A DNA stretch of 63,688 nt, filler included, from Collodictyon triciliatum (Eukaryota): NCBI GenBank assembly GCA_043381765.1. It is 7 parts of 7 records of this genome, joined end to end, with 100 filler letters (N's around TTAATTAATTAA, not from the genome) between each part and the next. Parts side by side here need not be neighbours in the genome. Positions count along the whole stretch, not along the records: positions 13,888 to 27,665 come from JBHJMP010001921.1; 6 more parts are not named here. The stretch is one strand, 5' to 3'. Under the pieces are notes generated by a model. The model saw only the letters and a program-made list of their open reading frames with translations, did no database searches and was not told the origin of the DNA. Made by a program: the position numbers and the translations under genes. This document shows positions 13,996 through 26,479 of the stretch, piece after piece; position 1 is the stretch's first letter; each line of letters begins with the position of its first letter.

Positions 13996-14022
13996 TCTCT
14001 TCGGTCTCATTCAGCCTGTAAG

Positions 14023-16734
14023 TGGATAAACTTCATTACAAAGGTTGTGACGAACTTGGTTTTGTCCCTTTCAATCCACAACACTTTTTATACAACGAAA
14101 GTGTACCCATATATAACAGTTTATTGCACAAACAACACCAAATTAAATACAGATTGATGAAAGCAGGAGCTTTGATGAATCCAAGACAGCACCTGAATAA
14201 CATAATAGTATGATTAGTATGTATAATAAGGCTAAAAATACTTAATAATATCATTCTATTCCTTTAATCAATTTATATTTTCTTTTTATATGTGTAATAT
14301 CATAAAAATTCAAAAATAACAAAGAAGCCCTTGCCTTCGCCCAGACAGAACCCAACCTATAAACCTTCCACCAAACCTAGATTTCAAAGAAAGCATACTA
14401 TCCACACTTGCGGCGGTAATCATGTTGTTTGGGGCCGATATGTTGACTTTCAGTCGAAATGGCCGTATGGCTGTCCTTTCGAACTCGCCGAATCAGCTAT
14501 CAGCGGTATGTCTCAAATCACTTCTGAAAAAAAAACTTTGTGTGTTTGTTTGCCACAATGTGCACATTTTGAAAGTCTCGGTAGATGATTAATTTTACCT
14601 GAATTATTTTTATTTATTTATTAAATTGACTGTTTTACTAAAGTTTGATTAAAATTGAAAACTCAGTGGTTTCCTAAAGGAAAAAGTAAAACAAAGACTT
14701 TCAGATATAGAAAAGAAAACCTCTTGAGTCTGAGAACCTAAAGTCTATAAAATCAGACTATCGAAATGTGAAAGCATCTCTAAAGTCGATTGTAAAGAAT
14801 GCGTATTACTATGACAAATCAACGATACAGGTTAGTGTCATAATTTGGTTACCGATGCTTATCTGTTTGCAAGATGTTACACATTGAAATCACAACCCCC
14901 AACAATCGATGAAAAGTTTTTTTGTACGCTTTAAAGGCAGTCGGAATAGTTTCACAAGATAGACCCACAAGATTTTAAAAAAAAAAATAATCCAGGTTTG
15001 AGAGATGACATGGTGACTTTTTATCTCAATGATTTTCGATTCCTTTTGTCCCGAGAAGAACGCTTTCCGTTGGTTGGACTGTCTATTGTATTACCGTACT
15101 TGGCGAATCAAATGTTAACAGCTTATCATAATAACATTAAGGAGCATTTTGTAAAGAGGTTACTGTGCTTTATAAAAAACAGTTCCTAAAGACGAGAATA
15201 TTACGGAAGCTATTAAAAAGGCAGAGTTACGAAAGTTGAAAAAAGCCATCTTCAAGAAACTCGAAATGCCGGAGCAATATAAATAATGGGCTACAATACA
15301 TTTGCATCGTATCATTCCCAGCGATATTGTAAATGGTATCAAATATATCGCCAAAGTCAATCCGAAGAAGTACACACATTCCGTGTCTGATTTACATGAA
15401 TCGTATTTTTGAGGATATTGGAACCAAACTGTTTCAACCAATCTCTATAAGAACTAACAATATACCATGTCATATTACTCAAGATACTGCATGTTTGATA
15501 GATCTGTTAGTATTATCTGAAAAACATTATTAATGAATATATCAGTATGAAAAGAGACACTGTGAATTGAGTTCTTTGAAATGAAGAAGAGGGTTTATCA
15601 TCAAAGAGACTACAATTTTAAATACGCGATACAAGCAGACGGCTTGGCAGTGTATTATTGTTTGAAAAGAAACGTATTTCAAATGCAAAATTCAAATATA
15701 ATAAAAATAAAAAAAAAACTCAAGAACATGTTTATATTGATGAACTTTCCGAAGAGCTGTTATCTTTATTAGCAACAAAAAATGTTTGGAGTGACGCAGG
15801 CAAGTTTAATTTTGTTTACATGGTGGGTGAGAAAGTTAAGGAATTATGTTACACTACTCACCAAACAAGACATGATAGCAAATCTCTTAAAAATCACAAA
15901 ATACTCTTGCGCAAGAAAAAAAGTACAATGCTTCAGGGATATGTATGGAAACAGATTTACAAAGTGCTATTTCTTTTGGTGTCACAGGACTTTTGAAGAG
16001 AATCAGCAGTTTGAGACATTAAGAGTATCTTATATCGATTAAGAGACAGAACTTAGTAAACATAATTCATACACGGTCGATTATGAAAAATTCGGGAATA
16101 TGTATATATGAAATCAAGGTACCACATAGTATTTTCCAGATTTTGTGAACAAGTAACTTTTCGAAAGATGAGATGGAGACAGTATGTTAATACAAAAATA
16201 AGTAAACCTTTTTTTATGGACCGAATCGAAAAGACATTTCGCAAGGATGTTGTACTTGCGTATGGAGACTGGAGTAGAAAATCTCAGATGAACCATTTTA
16301 TGGCAACAATCGGAAGAGGAATCCAAAAAATACCATCCAAACGTTTTGAAACAGTTAGTGTGGATGAATTTAGAACCTCCAAGATGTGCTGTAACTGCGA
16401 AAAAGAACTAGATTTTATGAAACTGAGAGGAAATACAAAAAAGTTTTATAGATGTCTCATATGTAAAGAATGCAATCGGTCAGAAAGCAAACAAAGTGTA
16501 TTCTCGACAAGGGACTTTAACAGCGCCAATAATATACCCAACAAAGTTCTTTCAATTCTTCAATATAAAGCATACACCTCCTCTAAAAAACAGGCTGTTG
16601 GATCTTTTCTTGCAGCCTTCGCCACTACACAATCTTCGTGAAAAAAGTGGTGAGACCTTGGATGCTGGCGAACCGAGTTTACCGTTCGAAAGATTATATA
16701 CTCCTTTTAGTCTATACTAGAAAGGAGATACTGA
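14023..16734 (+). CDS. Putative 3' part of an unknown host gene whose last intron (14506-16720) contains the Fanzor remnant
   Basis: Exon ...LMKAGALMNPRQHLNNII ends at a GTATGA donor. It joins in phase to exon 14325-14505 (KPLPSPRQNP...HTIHTCGGNHVVWGRYVDFQSKWPYGCPFELAESAIS), which ends at GTATGT (14506). The acceptor TATACTAG (16720) then gives ERRY*. Inferred from splice signals only. Confidence 0.4.
14666..16641 (+). pseudogene. Fanzor1-type (eukaryotic TnpB-family) RNA-guided endonuclease, frameshifted/decayed; non-autonomous element remnant
   Basis: Collinear fragments across frames: VKASLKSIVKN..CHNLVTDAYLFARCY; LPYLANQMLTAYHNNIKEHFVKRLL; KLFQPISIRTNNIPCHIT.DTACLIDL; YAIQADG; RuvC-I SDAGK.NFVYM (from DPG); VVLAYGDWS; RuvC-II VDEFRTSKMCCNC; Zn ribbon C-terminal half CKEC; RuvC-III RDFNSANNI. 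Intronless, about 2 kb, with several stops and frameshifts. Confidence 0.9.
16600..16727 (+). ncRNA. Candidate Fanzor omegaRNA scaffold / element right end
   Basis: Overlaps the ORF 3' end, where TnpB/Fanzor omegaRNAs lie. Stems: TCGCCACT(16619-26)/AGTGGTGA(16646-53), CGAAC(16669-73)/GTTCG(16684-88), CTCCTTT(16701-07)/AAAGGAG(16721-27). Boundaries uncertain. Confidence 0.4.
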
Positions 16735-17202
16735 GACTCGAAGCCTACACAAAAAGGTCATAAGCAGCTGCCAGGAGGGTGTTCTGCCCCACATCAACAC
16801 CCAGCAAGCGACCATTGCCGACCTAATCCTTTGCTCTCTTTCTCTCTCGTTCTCTTTCCCTCCTTCGCCACGAACATCATACTTTTCGTGTGATACGTGG
16901 ATCCCAAAGCAATCGTAGAGCCGGGCCTCTTACAAAAAGGGCCGGTTAATCGACAGATGCCAACTACGCACTAGGGGAGGCGTCGAAGAAAGGAGACAGA
17001 CGAGACACAGGTTTATATCTAGAGCCCAAGAGGGAAAAGAGGAGGAAAGGACTTGAACGTGAATAGACATATTATTATGCATGGGGAGGAAGGAAACGAC
17101 GAATGCGAGTGTGTGTATGTATATAAATGTATAGGTCTAGAGACAAAGGACAAAAAGAGCGTAGAGGATATCTGCCCCACCAAACAGCCCAATAACCGCA
17201 TG

Positions 17203-20200
17203 CTAGACCAGAGGCTGCGGATGAGCAAACTTGGTGGGGTTATTGACCCTCCGGACAAGGTCATCCGTCTCGTCAGGCGGGACAAGGTCGTCGTCATCCC
17301 CGCAAGGGCTGAAGTTGTCTGCAACAGAGGCGCGGCGGGCTCTAGGAGGAGGAAACGGGTCATGGGCGATGCTCGGGAGCGGAGGAAGCGTTGGATGGAC
17401 GTCTGGATTGGCAGAGTGCGGCATCAGAGTCTGGATTGGTGGAGTGAGGGACCGCAGCTTTGGCTTGGGGATGGGGAGGGGAGGATGATGGCTGGCCGGG
17501 TCGTGGAGGCCCTGAGCTGAAAACGACGGCGATAATGATGGGGACGAGGACGGCGAGGGCGAAGGGAAGCGGAGCGACCGCACAATGTCCTTTGCAGCTA
17601 CTGGAGTGAGTGTGCGGCGACGCAGCGGAGATGAGCGGGCCGATTGGTTCTGGGCCACAGTGCCCGGATGCTGCTTCGCGTGCCCGGACGTGGACTCGTC
17701 TTTGGCATTCTCTCTGCTACAGTCTGACGGGTCGGTGTGCGCCGCGTTGTCTTGGTTGGTGGCTTTTTCGTCAGCTGCTGCTTGTTTGCTCTCTTCCCTG
17801 TCATTGTCGCTGTCATCGTCGTTGCCGTTGCCGTTGTCGTTGCCGTTGTCGCTGCCAGCAGAGGCGCAGTCGTCCAGTGCTGGGCGGTGTGCGTCATCCT
17901 CACACCCAGAGGCATTCTGCTTACCATCTGGCTTTGCGGTTGCATCATTTGAATCGCCAGATTCTTGTGGCTCGGAAGAATTGTTCCTCGCGGCCAGGTT
18001 CTCATTTCTGCAATCATGCGATAAAAAAAAATTATTGTGAATCTCTTTTTCTCCTGCTTTCACCTTCTCATACTCAAAAGATATTTTTTTTTAAAAAAAA
18101 AAAAAAAAGAGAAAAATACATGGGGCGTGTCAATTCTAATTTTTAGGAAGACAAAATAATTACGAGGCTTGCTTGTGAATCGACTCGGCTGTTTGAGAAC
18201 GAGAAGCGGGAGAGAAGGTGAGTCCTTTAGTCTTTTCTCTTTCTTGGGCGACCTATTGTCAGATCCGTAAGCGAATAACACCCTAATAATTTTCCCCTCT
18301 TATTTTTATGATATTAGAATAATTAACCAGTTGAATCTTTCGGGCAACATTAGGATATTGTTTCACCAATTCATCAAAATCCGTTTTGTGTAACTGTGAT
18401 TTGGTGTTTTTAGAAGGGCGTGTCGATTTTTAGAAAATGTATAAATTTGGCATATTTCACGTGAGATCAAAATAATTGATGCATTCCTACAAAAACAAAA
18501 ACAAAAACAAAAACAAAAACAAAAACAAAAACAAAAACAAAAACAAAAACAAAAACAAAAACAAAAACAAAAACAAAAACAAATCAATAATATAATATAA
18601 TATTAGCGAAACACATAAATTCAATTGATTGCCATACCACAAATAATTCGCAAACTTCAACTGCTTGGGCAGATGCTGTTCTCATGACGTTGGTAAGAAG
18701 TGCGATTTCTCCTGAAATCATCAAAAATATATGTTGTTATTGCATAAACATAAAGCGTGCGACATGATTTTTTCCTCAACTTTTTATTTTTACCGCTGAA
18801 GAACGTTCAAATGCACAAACCAAAGTATGAACCATCCCCAAGCTCAGCAATAACTGTCGAATAATCGGCTCCTAAAATCCTTACTTTTCCCCGGCTTATA
18901 AAATACATTTCTGCACCTCGTTCACTATTTGGAAAGACATTTGGATATATATGTCAGAGAAGTTCAGCTCATAGCGCCTCATTCATATATTGGGTAATCA
19001 AAACGAATGCAAAGACAAACCACCATCATACAATAGATAGCGGGATATGAAGAAATATTGAGTTTGGCCCCAATGAGATGACGTCAAGAAAATAACTTCT
19101 CACCCCTGTCGAAATATAAAATCACCAGGCGGACAGATCTCTGGTTTTATTTTCAGACACAAGGCCCGAATGAATGCTTCTTCAGAATCTCGAAAGAGGG
19201 GAACTTTTTGAAGGAGATTACGGTGTACATGAGTTGCCACCTCCATTTTCAAATCTCGAGGAAGGTCTTCTAATATGTCCCTTTCGTCAAGTCCTGAAAA
19301 AAAAAAAAGATTTACATCATAAACAACCTCGCCTTACACAGGAACATTCGTATAATAACCCTATTTTCCCGTAAAAAATTCATATGCGGACAAATGAGAA
19401 TAAATATGATTACCTTGATTGAGATACCATATACGCTCATAGTATTGACGAATCTTGTATCTTATTGTGGTCGGCAGTCGACGATACTTTATTGGTGCGG
19501 TGCAATAGTAATCATAATAATCATAATCAAATATTAATAATAGAAAATGGGAGGAAATCCTAATCCATAACTTCAAAACCGCAAGATTAACAACAGAGGC
19601 TATTTGGAATATTATATAATCAACTCACTCTCATGAATTCGTTTACTCCTTGTAGTCTATCACGAAATCGAGATTGAGTTCGGTCGAGATTGGCTGTTTA
19701 TTATGATTGGTGTGATTATGTTACTGATCATTGAAGCGAATGAGTAAATTTGGCCTGATGATAAAAAAAATAATGAGCTGGACAAAAGGCAGATATCATA
19801 CCTATCGCTGAATTCATAGAACCGATAATTGTTGCGAATACAAAAAGGGATATTATAACTACAATCAAGGTGAGAATGCACTCTGCATCTGTCTCAGGGT
19901 TTAAATTTCCTCCGAGCCCAGCAAGATTCGTGAATCCCCACGACAGAGTTCGAAGATATTTTGACGTGGGAGTCTATCATAGCATTGTTTTGATTGGAGA
20001 AAATATAAGGAAAAGATATAAGATGGAGGAATTAAGTAGAACCTGGACGATACAAGTATTTATACAAATGATTATTTATTAATAATATATATGAATGGCA
20101 CGTATTCTAATATCAACTACACTAATGTCCTTACATAGTTACTTATGTCCTCCGTAGCAGAGAATCCATTATCTCGAAATCCCTAAAAGTAATTGTTTTT

Positions 20201-22465
20201 GTATCTTTAACATGACGCATATATATATATCCCTTATAGAAAAACTAAACCTAGGTAAGAAATAATAATGGGTATCTGGAAAAGAATATAAAGGGGACAA
20301 AATGAATGAAAGAGTTTACTTGAATCCTGGAGACGTAATACCATGCGCATCCTAACCAGTGAGCAACCACTGCAAATTGAGTACTCATTTGCATTACGCG
20401 TGAAGTATTTGACGTTGATGCCCATATGTTGACCTAAAATGAGAGCAGGTATAAAAAAAATGGATAAGAGGAGATATATGCGATGTAGAGACACATATAT
20501 ATTCATTAAGAAAGTGACTTTTGCCAAACGAAGGAGACGAGTCAGTCTTATCAATCTGGGAACTCTGAGCGGGTGGCTATATTTGGAGCTGTTGATAACC
20601 AAAGAAAAAGGAAAAGAGGCAACAATGTCAAGGATAAACCAAGAACGGAGATATTTCTTTCCAATTCTCCTCCAATCTGTTATAGTCTGAAAGACAATAT
20701 TTTGTAAGTATAATTAAACTTTATTGTTGGAGGGATGTTTAAAATGCTTGCCATTCTCTTAACTATCATAATTGATGGATAAAGACTTCTAAAAAAATAA
20801 ATTGTATAAAGTCGATTACATCGCTTTCGTCTACGACAGCAGTTCGAAAAATAACACCTATGTTAATCATGAAACAAAAATCTACTAGAACGTCCCACAC
20901 CATCCACCCGCCCATCAGTTCTACCTGTTTAATCAGGGATATCAGGTTTTGGAAAATAAATAATCGAGTGAATTTGTCTGACATGTTTTTTTTTTTATTT
21001 GAAGCGTTGTTGTACGACTTTTTATGCTTTGGTAACACCCAAAATGTTCTCTGGTATTGATGATTAACTTTCATAATACTGTTTTTTTTTATTTTTTTAT
21101 TTTTTACTTTCGTTTATTTATTTAATTTTTTGAGAGGAACCTTTATCATTTTGAACCAATCAAGTAAATACAAACCCCAAAGCCTAATACATAAGGTATT
21201 AGAAGTGCTGTATATAAAATAAGAGAGCCGATGAAAAGGTCCCAAATTCTAAGATTTGGAGAATCGGGATATATTAATGTTTTCTGCTCCCATCTGTCCC
21301 AGATAGTATCCGCTTTTTCGACCTATTCCGATAAAAGCATTCTTAATTTTCTCACGTTTATATATATTCTTACACGATTTTTTCTTTTTTATAGAAAAAA
21401 AACCATGCATGTAACTTTATGAAGTTTCAGGATTTCATAAGGCCAACCTTGTCAAGATTTCGAGCAAATATACTCTGCCGAACTCTTGCATTCTTCGGCT
21501 GGCTGATAATACGAGTACTTGATGAATTCGAATCTGTTTCCATAATGACAGGAATCGACCTGGAGTTAGACGGATACTCTTCCATTTTGTTTTCATCCAG
21601 AGATATAATCGAGGGAGCGCGTGAATCCGTCCTCTACACGCAGAAGGAGTAAGCGTGCGATTAAAAAAGAATCTTGCATATATATGATCCCAACATTTGT
21701 TGTGAATCTTAATATTTTCTTTTTGCCTCACAGCTTAATTTTGCTCAAGCGATGAAATTTTTTTTTAGCAGAAATGAAAGAATGATAATATATATATTAT
21801 AAAATATAAAATATTGACCATCATAATTATATCAGGATAGAATAGTAAATGGATCAATCCATGAACAGACAAATGAGTAAATGAAAGAAATTAGATGATA
21901 AATATATATGCATATAGTTAGTTATTTAGACATCCATCCAAACCGTTCCAAACCACTCAGAAAGCTGGTTCTTTATGGATCTGCGGTCATCAAAGGCATC
22001 ATCCGGGTCGCTCACGGAGGGGGCTTTCAGAGATCCCTTTCGGCCCGCAGCCGCAGCCCGAAACCAGGACGAGCGTCGCCGACCACGAGGGATTTGAAGT
22101 CGATCAGTTTCCGGCAAATCTGTTCGTGGAGAATCCGTGTTGGAGGAAAACTTCAAAGCGCGGGCGGCATTTGCAGCGGTTTGGTAAGTTGCGGCTCGGT
22201 GCAAGGCCTTCATGGTGGGCGCAGACTCTGCAGAATGGCTGGCTTTGGACCGAAGGTGGAGATCTTCCTGCAAAGGCTCCTGCGTCACAACCACCGTTTG
22301 GAGATCGGGGCTGTGAGGCGAGTCTTGCGAGTCAGTGCGAGGCTCGGACCGGCCTCCTGCAGAGGGCGAAGCAAGTGTGCGGTGCGGGACGTCTGTGTGG
22401 ATGTGGAGTCTTGCGATCGGCTTTGGAGGTGCGACCACTGGGGATTCGCAAAGGTTCTCGCTCAT
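17203..22465 (-). CDS. Cyclic nucleotide-gated / CNBD-family 6TM cation channel with long disordered N- and C-termini
   Basis: Spliced exons: S1 IYPDSPNLRIWDLFIGSLILYTALLIPY; S2 WDVLVDFCFMINIGVIFRTA; S3-S4 YLRSWFILDIVASFPF..LRVPRLIRLTRLLRLAK; pore SWGFTNLAGLGGNLNP; C-linker ILEDLPRDLKMEVA; CNBD EMYFISRGKV..LGDGSYFG|EIALL..RTASAQA. Start and last-exon limits approximate. Confidence 0.9.
18489..18583. repeat. (AAAAAC)n microsatellite in a channel-gene intron
   Basis: Visible directly. Confidence 0.95.
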
Positions 22466-23599
22466 GGCTTCTATGTCTCTTCTTCTTCTTTTCTTTTTCT
22501 TTTTTTTTTTTTCCCCCTTGCTACTGAGTTTCCAACTCTCGTGTAATTTCAATATAGTCCTTCTTTGTACACAGGAGAGAAGGCGACAACCTGCAGGCAT
22601 TGGGGGGCGATTAGAACAAACGAGGGAGAAAGGAGGGGAAAAAAATATGAATAATACAGGGAGTGATGTTGGGTTTTGCATTTTGTGACTGTTCTGAGTC
22701 TGTGTATCTATCTTCATATGAACATATCTGACAGTGTTGTTTCCTCTACGCTGGTCAACAGTTGTTATCCGCATTTCGCTCTTGTGTATTCTCCAAGCGG
22801 TCTTCTCTCACAACAGCTACTTTCGAAGTTGACAAAACAGAAAAGAAAAGAAAAGAAAAGAAAAGAAAAGAAAAACAAAAAAGAAAAAAAGAAAAAACTC
22901 CCTCCCCCCCCCCCCTAAAGTCACTTTCATTTTCGATCAAAGAAGAAGATGAAGAAAGCAACTACAAGAAAGAGGAGGTCCACTTCAGCGCCCAACACTC
23001 GTAGTCACGACCATACACTGTTTTCTGCACTGTCACACACTCCCTTCTTGCTGCTTCCTTTGCGCCACCAGCCCTCGAATGCAGAATGGCCAACAGACCA
23101 ATCCCCGCGTACGCATGACAAACTGAGACACTTTTATAAACCCACGTTACGGAAAACTGCCACACCCACATTGTCAATATCATGCCTTCAATGTCTACTT
23201 TCTATTTACCGATTACGTCCACAGCGAATAGTCTGGTTGAGGTATGTCGCCGTAATAGATGTACAGTACTTCAATTCAATGAATGTTCTGCCTGAACCAC
23301 AAATGAATCAAAAAAAAAATCCAGACTGGCAAATCTCAAACCCGAACTGCCTTTCCAACCATTAGGCAGGCCGCCAGTTTCCTCGAGGACAAAGGCTCCA
23401 ACAAAACTAGCATTCACAAACAAGAAAACACAAAGCAACAATCACGGCATACAACAATAAATTAAAAAAAAATCAAAGAAACTGTTGAGAAAGAATAAAA
23501 ACAAAAAAAAAAAGGGAAGAAACGGAAGGGGCCAACCCTTGCTGCAAAGCGTCCCATCACTTGCAAAAGATAATCAACAGCAAACACACGTCTAGCACG

Positions 23600-26479
23600 A
23601 TGCAATCCAAGCAGCTTTCCATCTTCCTCGTGGCTCTGCTGTTTGTGCAGTCCTGTGTTGCGGCACCAAAGTACGCATCCAAGGAGCTTGTCCAGCTTGC
23701 CCAGCAGGCCGCCCAGCGTTCGATCCTGAGTCTGATCACGCAGCAGAAATCAGCGACTTACCCAACAGCCTTCGACTACGCAGACATGCTCGAGTCTCCC
23801 TTTGTCCCCAAATCCGAACAGACGAGCGAGACTCTGTGCCGCAAGATCCAGCGCGAGGCCAAGAACGCCAGCCCCAGCCTGCTGATTCATCTTTCCCACA
23901 CGCTCAAGTGCGCCTCCGTGCCTGCCTCAACTCTGTCTCAGTCCGATGCGGCAAAGGGCTCGCTGGTTGATGTTGCTGCCTACGCCCTGACTCAGTCGGC
24001 CGATCCTTTGGCATTTGTTCTGCGTGTGCTGGAAAGCCGCGTCGATGCTCAGGGCTGGGTCAGCTGGACCGGCCAGTCCGATCACTCGCCTCGCGCGTCT
24101 GCCTTTGCCCTGCGCCTTTTGGCCCAGCTGGGGGCCCAGCAAAAGAATGTCCCGAGTGGCCTCAAGTCCACTGCCCGACTCATCACTTCGCGCCTGTTCA
24201 AGTCTTTGGACTCTGTCGACGAAACAGTCTTTTTCGTGGACGACGTTTCCGATCCGTCCAACCTTATTCCCGACACCGTGATCGCCACCTCTTCTTTGCT
24301 CAAGGCGTTTTCCGAGTTGCAGCCTTTTATCAATAACGTCGTCTCTCAGGTATTAGCTTCCTATGATCAGCTCGTTGGTTGAGATGATCAGCATAGTTGT
24401 ATTTGTATTCTCGAGTTTTAAAGGAAAAAAAAAAAAGGAGCATAAAAACGTATATGGTGTTTGTGCTACATATATGTGTGCTGCACTATTGAATCACGAC
24501 ATACTCTAAACTGCACTGCTCAGGCCTCTGTCCCCAAGTTTGGTGCTCATCTGATCCAGCAGCTTCATGTAGAAGATCTTGACCAAGCATTTGCTGTGTG
24601 GAAAGGATTGAAGGTTTTGAGCGATGGAAACATCGGTAAGCCCATCGTACTCACAGTTGAAGGTGGACCAAAGTACTCAAAGGATGCTTTTATTGCTGGT
24701 TTACAGGTTTGTCCATCAACATAAGATTTGTATTTGTTGTCAATAATAATCTTTTTATTATGACATATATCAGTCGCAAATGAATGAGGGATGTCTCTAA
24801 CAAATATCCGACTTCAGATAACCACCACAGATCTCCTTGGGCAGAAGGTGGATACCAACGCGAAGGTTCTTTCTCTAAAAGATAGAGATGAAAGCAACTC
24901 TGAAAACTATGCAGCTAATCTGAAGTTGACAAAAAATGAGAAAGGGCATACTCTTCAGTGGACCGGGTCTAACGCTAAGGCCGGTGTGCTTGTGCTTGAA
25001 TTGAGCGCAGAAGCCACAAAGGCTGGCGAAGGATATCTTCCCATCCGATCTCTTGAAGAGGCCGTCGTCATTACAACTGCGGTGGTTACTTCAGCTGCCA
25101 CATTCGGAGTACACCCATCAAAAAGTGATTATGAGGCACCTATTTCTAAGGACACGTAAGCTTACAACATGCTATTTATGATATTCTATCTTTATTATAC
25201 ATCTCTGTCTTTTGAGGTGGTTTATATGATTATTTTTTTCCATCGACCAATTGCTTCCTGACTTTCAAAATTATTCAGTATTCCTTTTGGAGGCAAGTTT
25301 AGCTCGGGTGTAGGCATCTCCAATGGAAATTACATAACCTTGTCTTTTGAATTGAATGAGATACAATCGAGTCTGCCCATCCGAGCCAACCAAGCCTTCC
25401 TAAGGCTAGTAAACAAGCAAAATGCAGACATGGTAGCATATCCGCTCAATTACCAGCAAGGGAAATACTCTGTTCGACTGGTGAGCCTCCTATTGAAAAA
25501 AAAACTATCATATCTGTTATTTAACATCAACCTAGGGTTGGGTAGCTAATAGTTGTGTTGGTATCTCTCTTAGGCTGTTTCTAACGATATAATCAGTCGT
25601 TTTGGAGTGAGTAACGCAAATTTTGATGCTGCTATTGTTATTGCCGATAGTAGTATTACAAATCCTGTCCTTTGGTCTCTTGGTCAGGTCACTCTTACTG
25701 GCTCCACCCAAGCACCGTATGTTGTAAACCCCGACTTTTATCTACGATTCATTAGTACGTGCACATACCTATTTCATTAGAGTAATTCCCTTCCTGAACG
25801 TACTCACCCAAACCGCCATTGATAGCACAAAGCCAGCACGCATCACCGATTCCCTACCAGAGATTCATCACCAATTCCGCCAGCCAGAGAAGCGCCCTCC
25901 CGCCATTGTTTCATATGCCTTCACGGTTGCATTGATCGCACCATTCCTGTTCTTTGTTATCGGGGTGAGATTCTCATTTTATTTCGTGATTTCCCTTCCT
26001 CCTTCGATTGCTATTGAAATTTCACTCCCGTGTGCCTAGGCCCTGAGGATAGCCCCAGGGGTTTCTCTACCAAGCACCGTTGGGTTCGTTGATGCTTTTC
26101 TCTTCCACATCGGCCTTGGCCTCATTCTCTTGCTCAACTTTGCATACTGGCTTCAACTAGACATGTTTACCGTAAGTTTCCATACGATATGTTCCTTTCT
26201 CTTGCATCTGCTTCAATAGCATGGAACTGCTACAAGTTGATTGAATTTTTTTTCTGATCTTTTCTTTTCTTTTCTTTTCTTTTCTTTTCTTTTCTTTTCT
26301 TTTCTTTTCTTTTCTTTTCTTTTCTTTTCTTTTCTTTTCTTTTCTTTTCTTTTCTTTTCTTTCTGCGACAGACTTTGGGATACCTCTCCCTTTTGTGCCT
26401 GGTGACATTTTTCTTTGGCCGCCGCGTTCTCTCGTCTCTGCCCGAAGTTGTCGGCACAGACAAAGTGAAAGCGGAATAA
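23600..26479 (+). CDS. RPN2: Oligosaccharyltransferase subunit ribophorin II (SWP1/OST delta)
   Basis: Signal peptide MQSKQLSIFLVALLFVQSCVA; QAFLRL; hallmark LPEIHHQFRQPEKRPPAIVSYAFT; three C-terminal TM helices (YWLQLDMFT|TLGYL); ER-retrieval-like tail KVKAE* (TAA ends 26479). Confidence 0.9.
26259..26363. repeat. (TTTTC)n microsatellite in the last RPN2 intron
   Basis: Visible directly. Confidence 0.95.

Noticed and set aside
14331-14590. Region upstream of Fanzor as a second omegaRNA or terminal inverted repeat (shares GCCTTCGCC with 16615-16623)
   Set aside because: Better explained as a host exon ending at a GTATGT donor. Only a 9-nt match, and I found no TIR or TSD.
17053-18146. Several long overlapping plus-strand ORFs (also antisense ORFs over 21908-22688 and 38482-39838)
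   Set aside because: Shadow ORFs of GC-rich exons of the channel and STAT genes.
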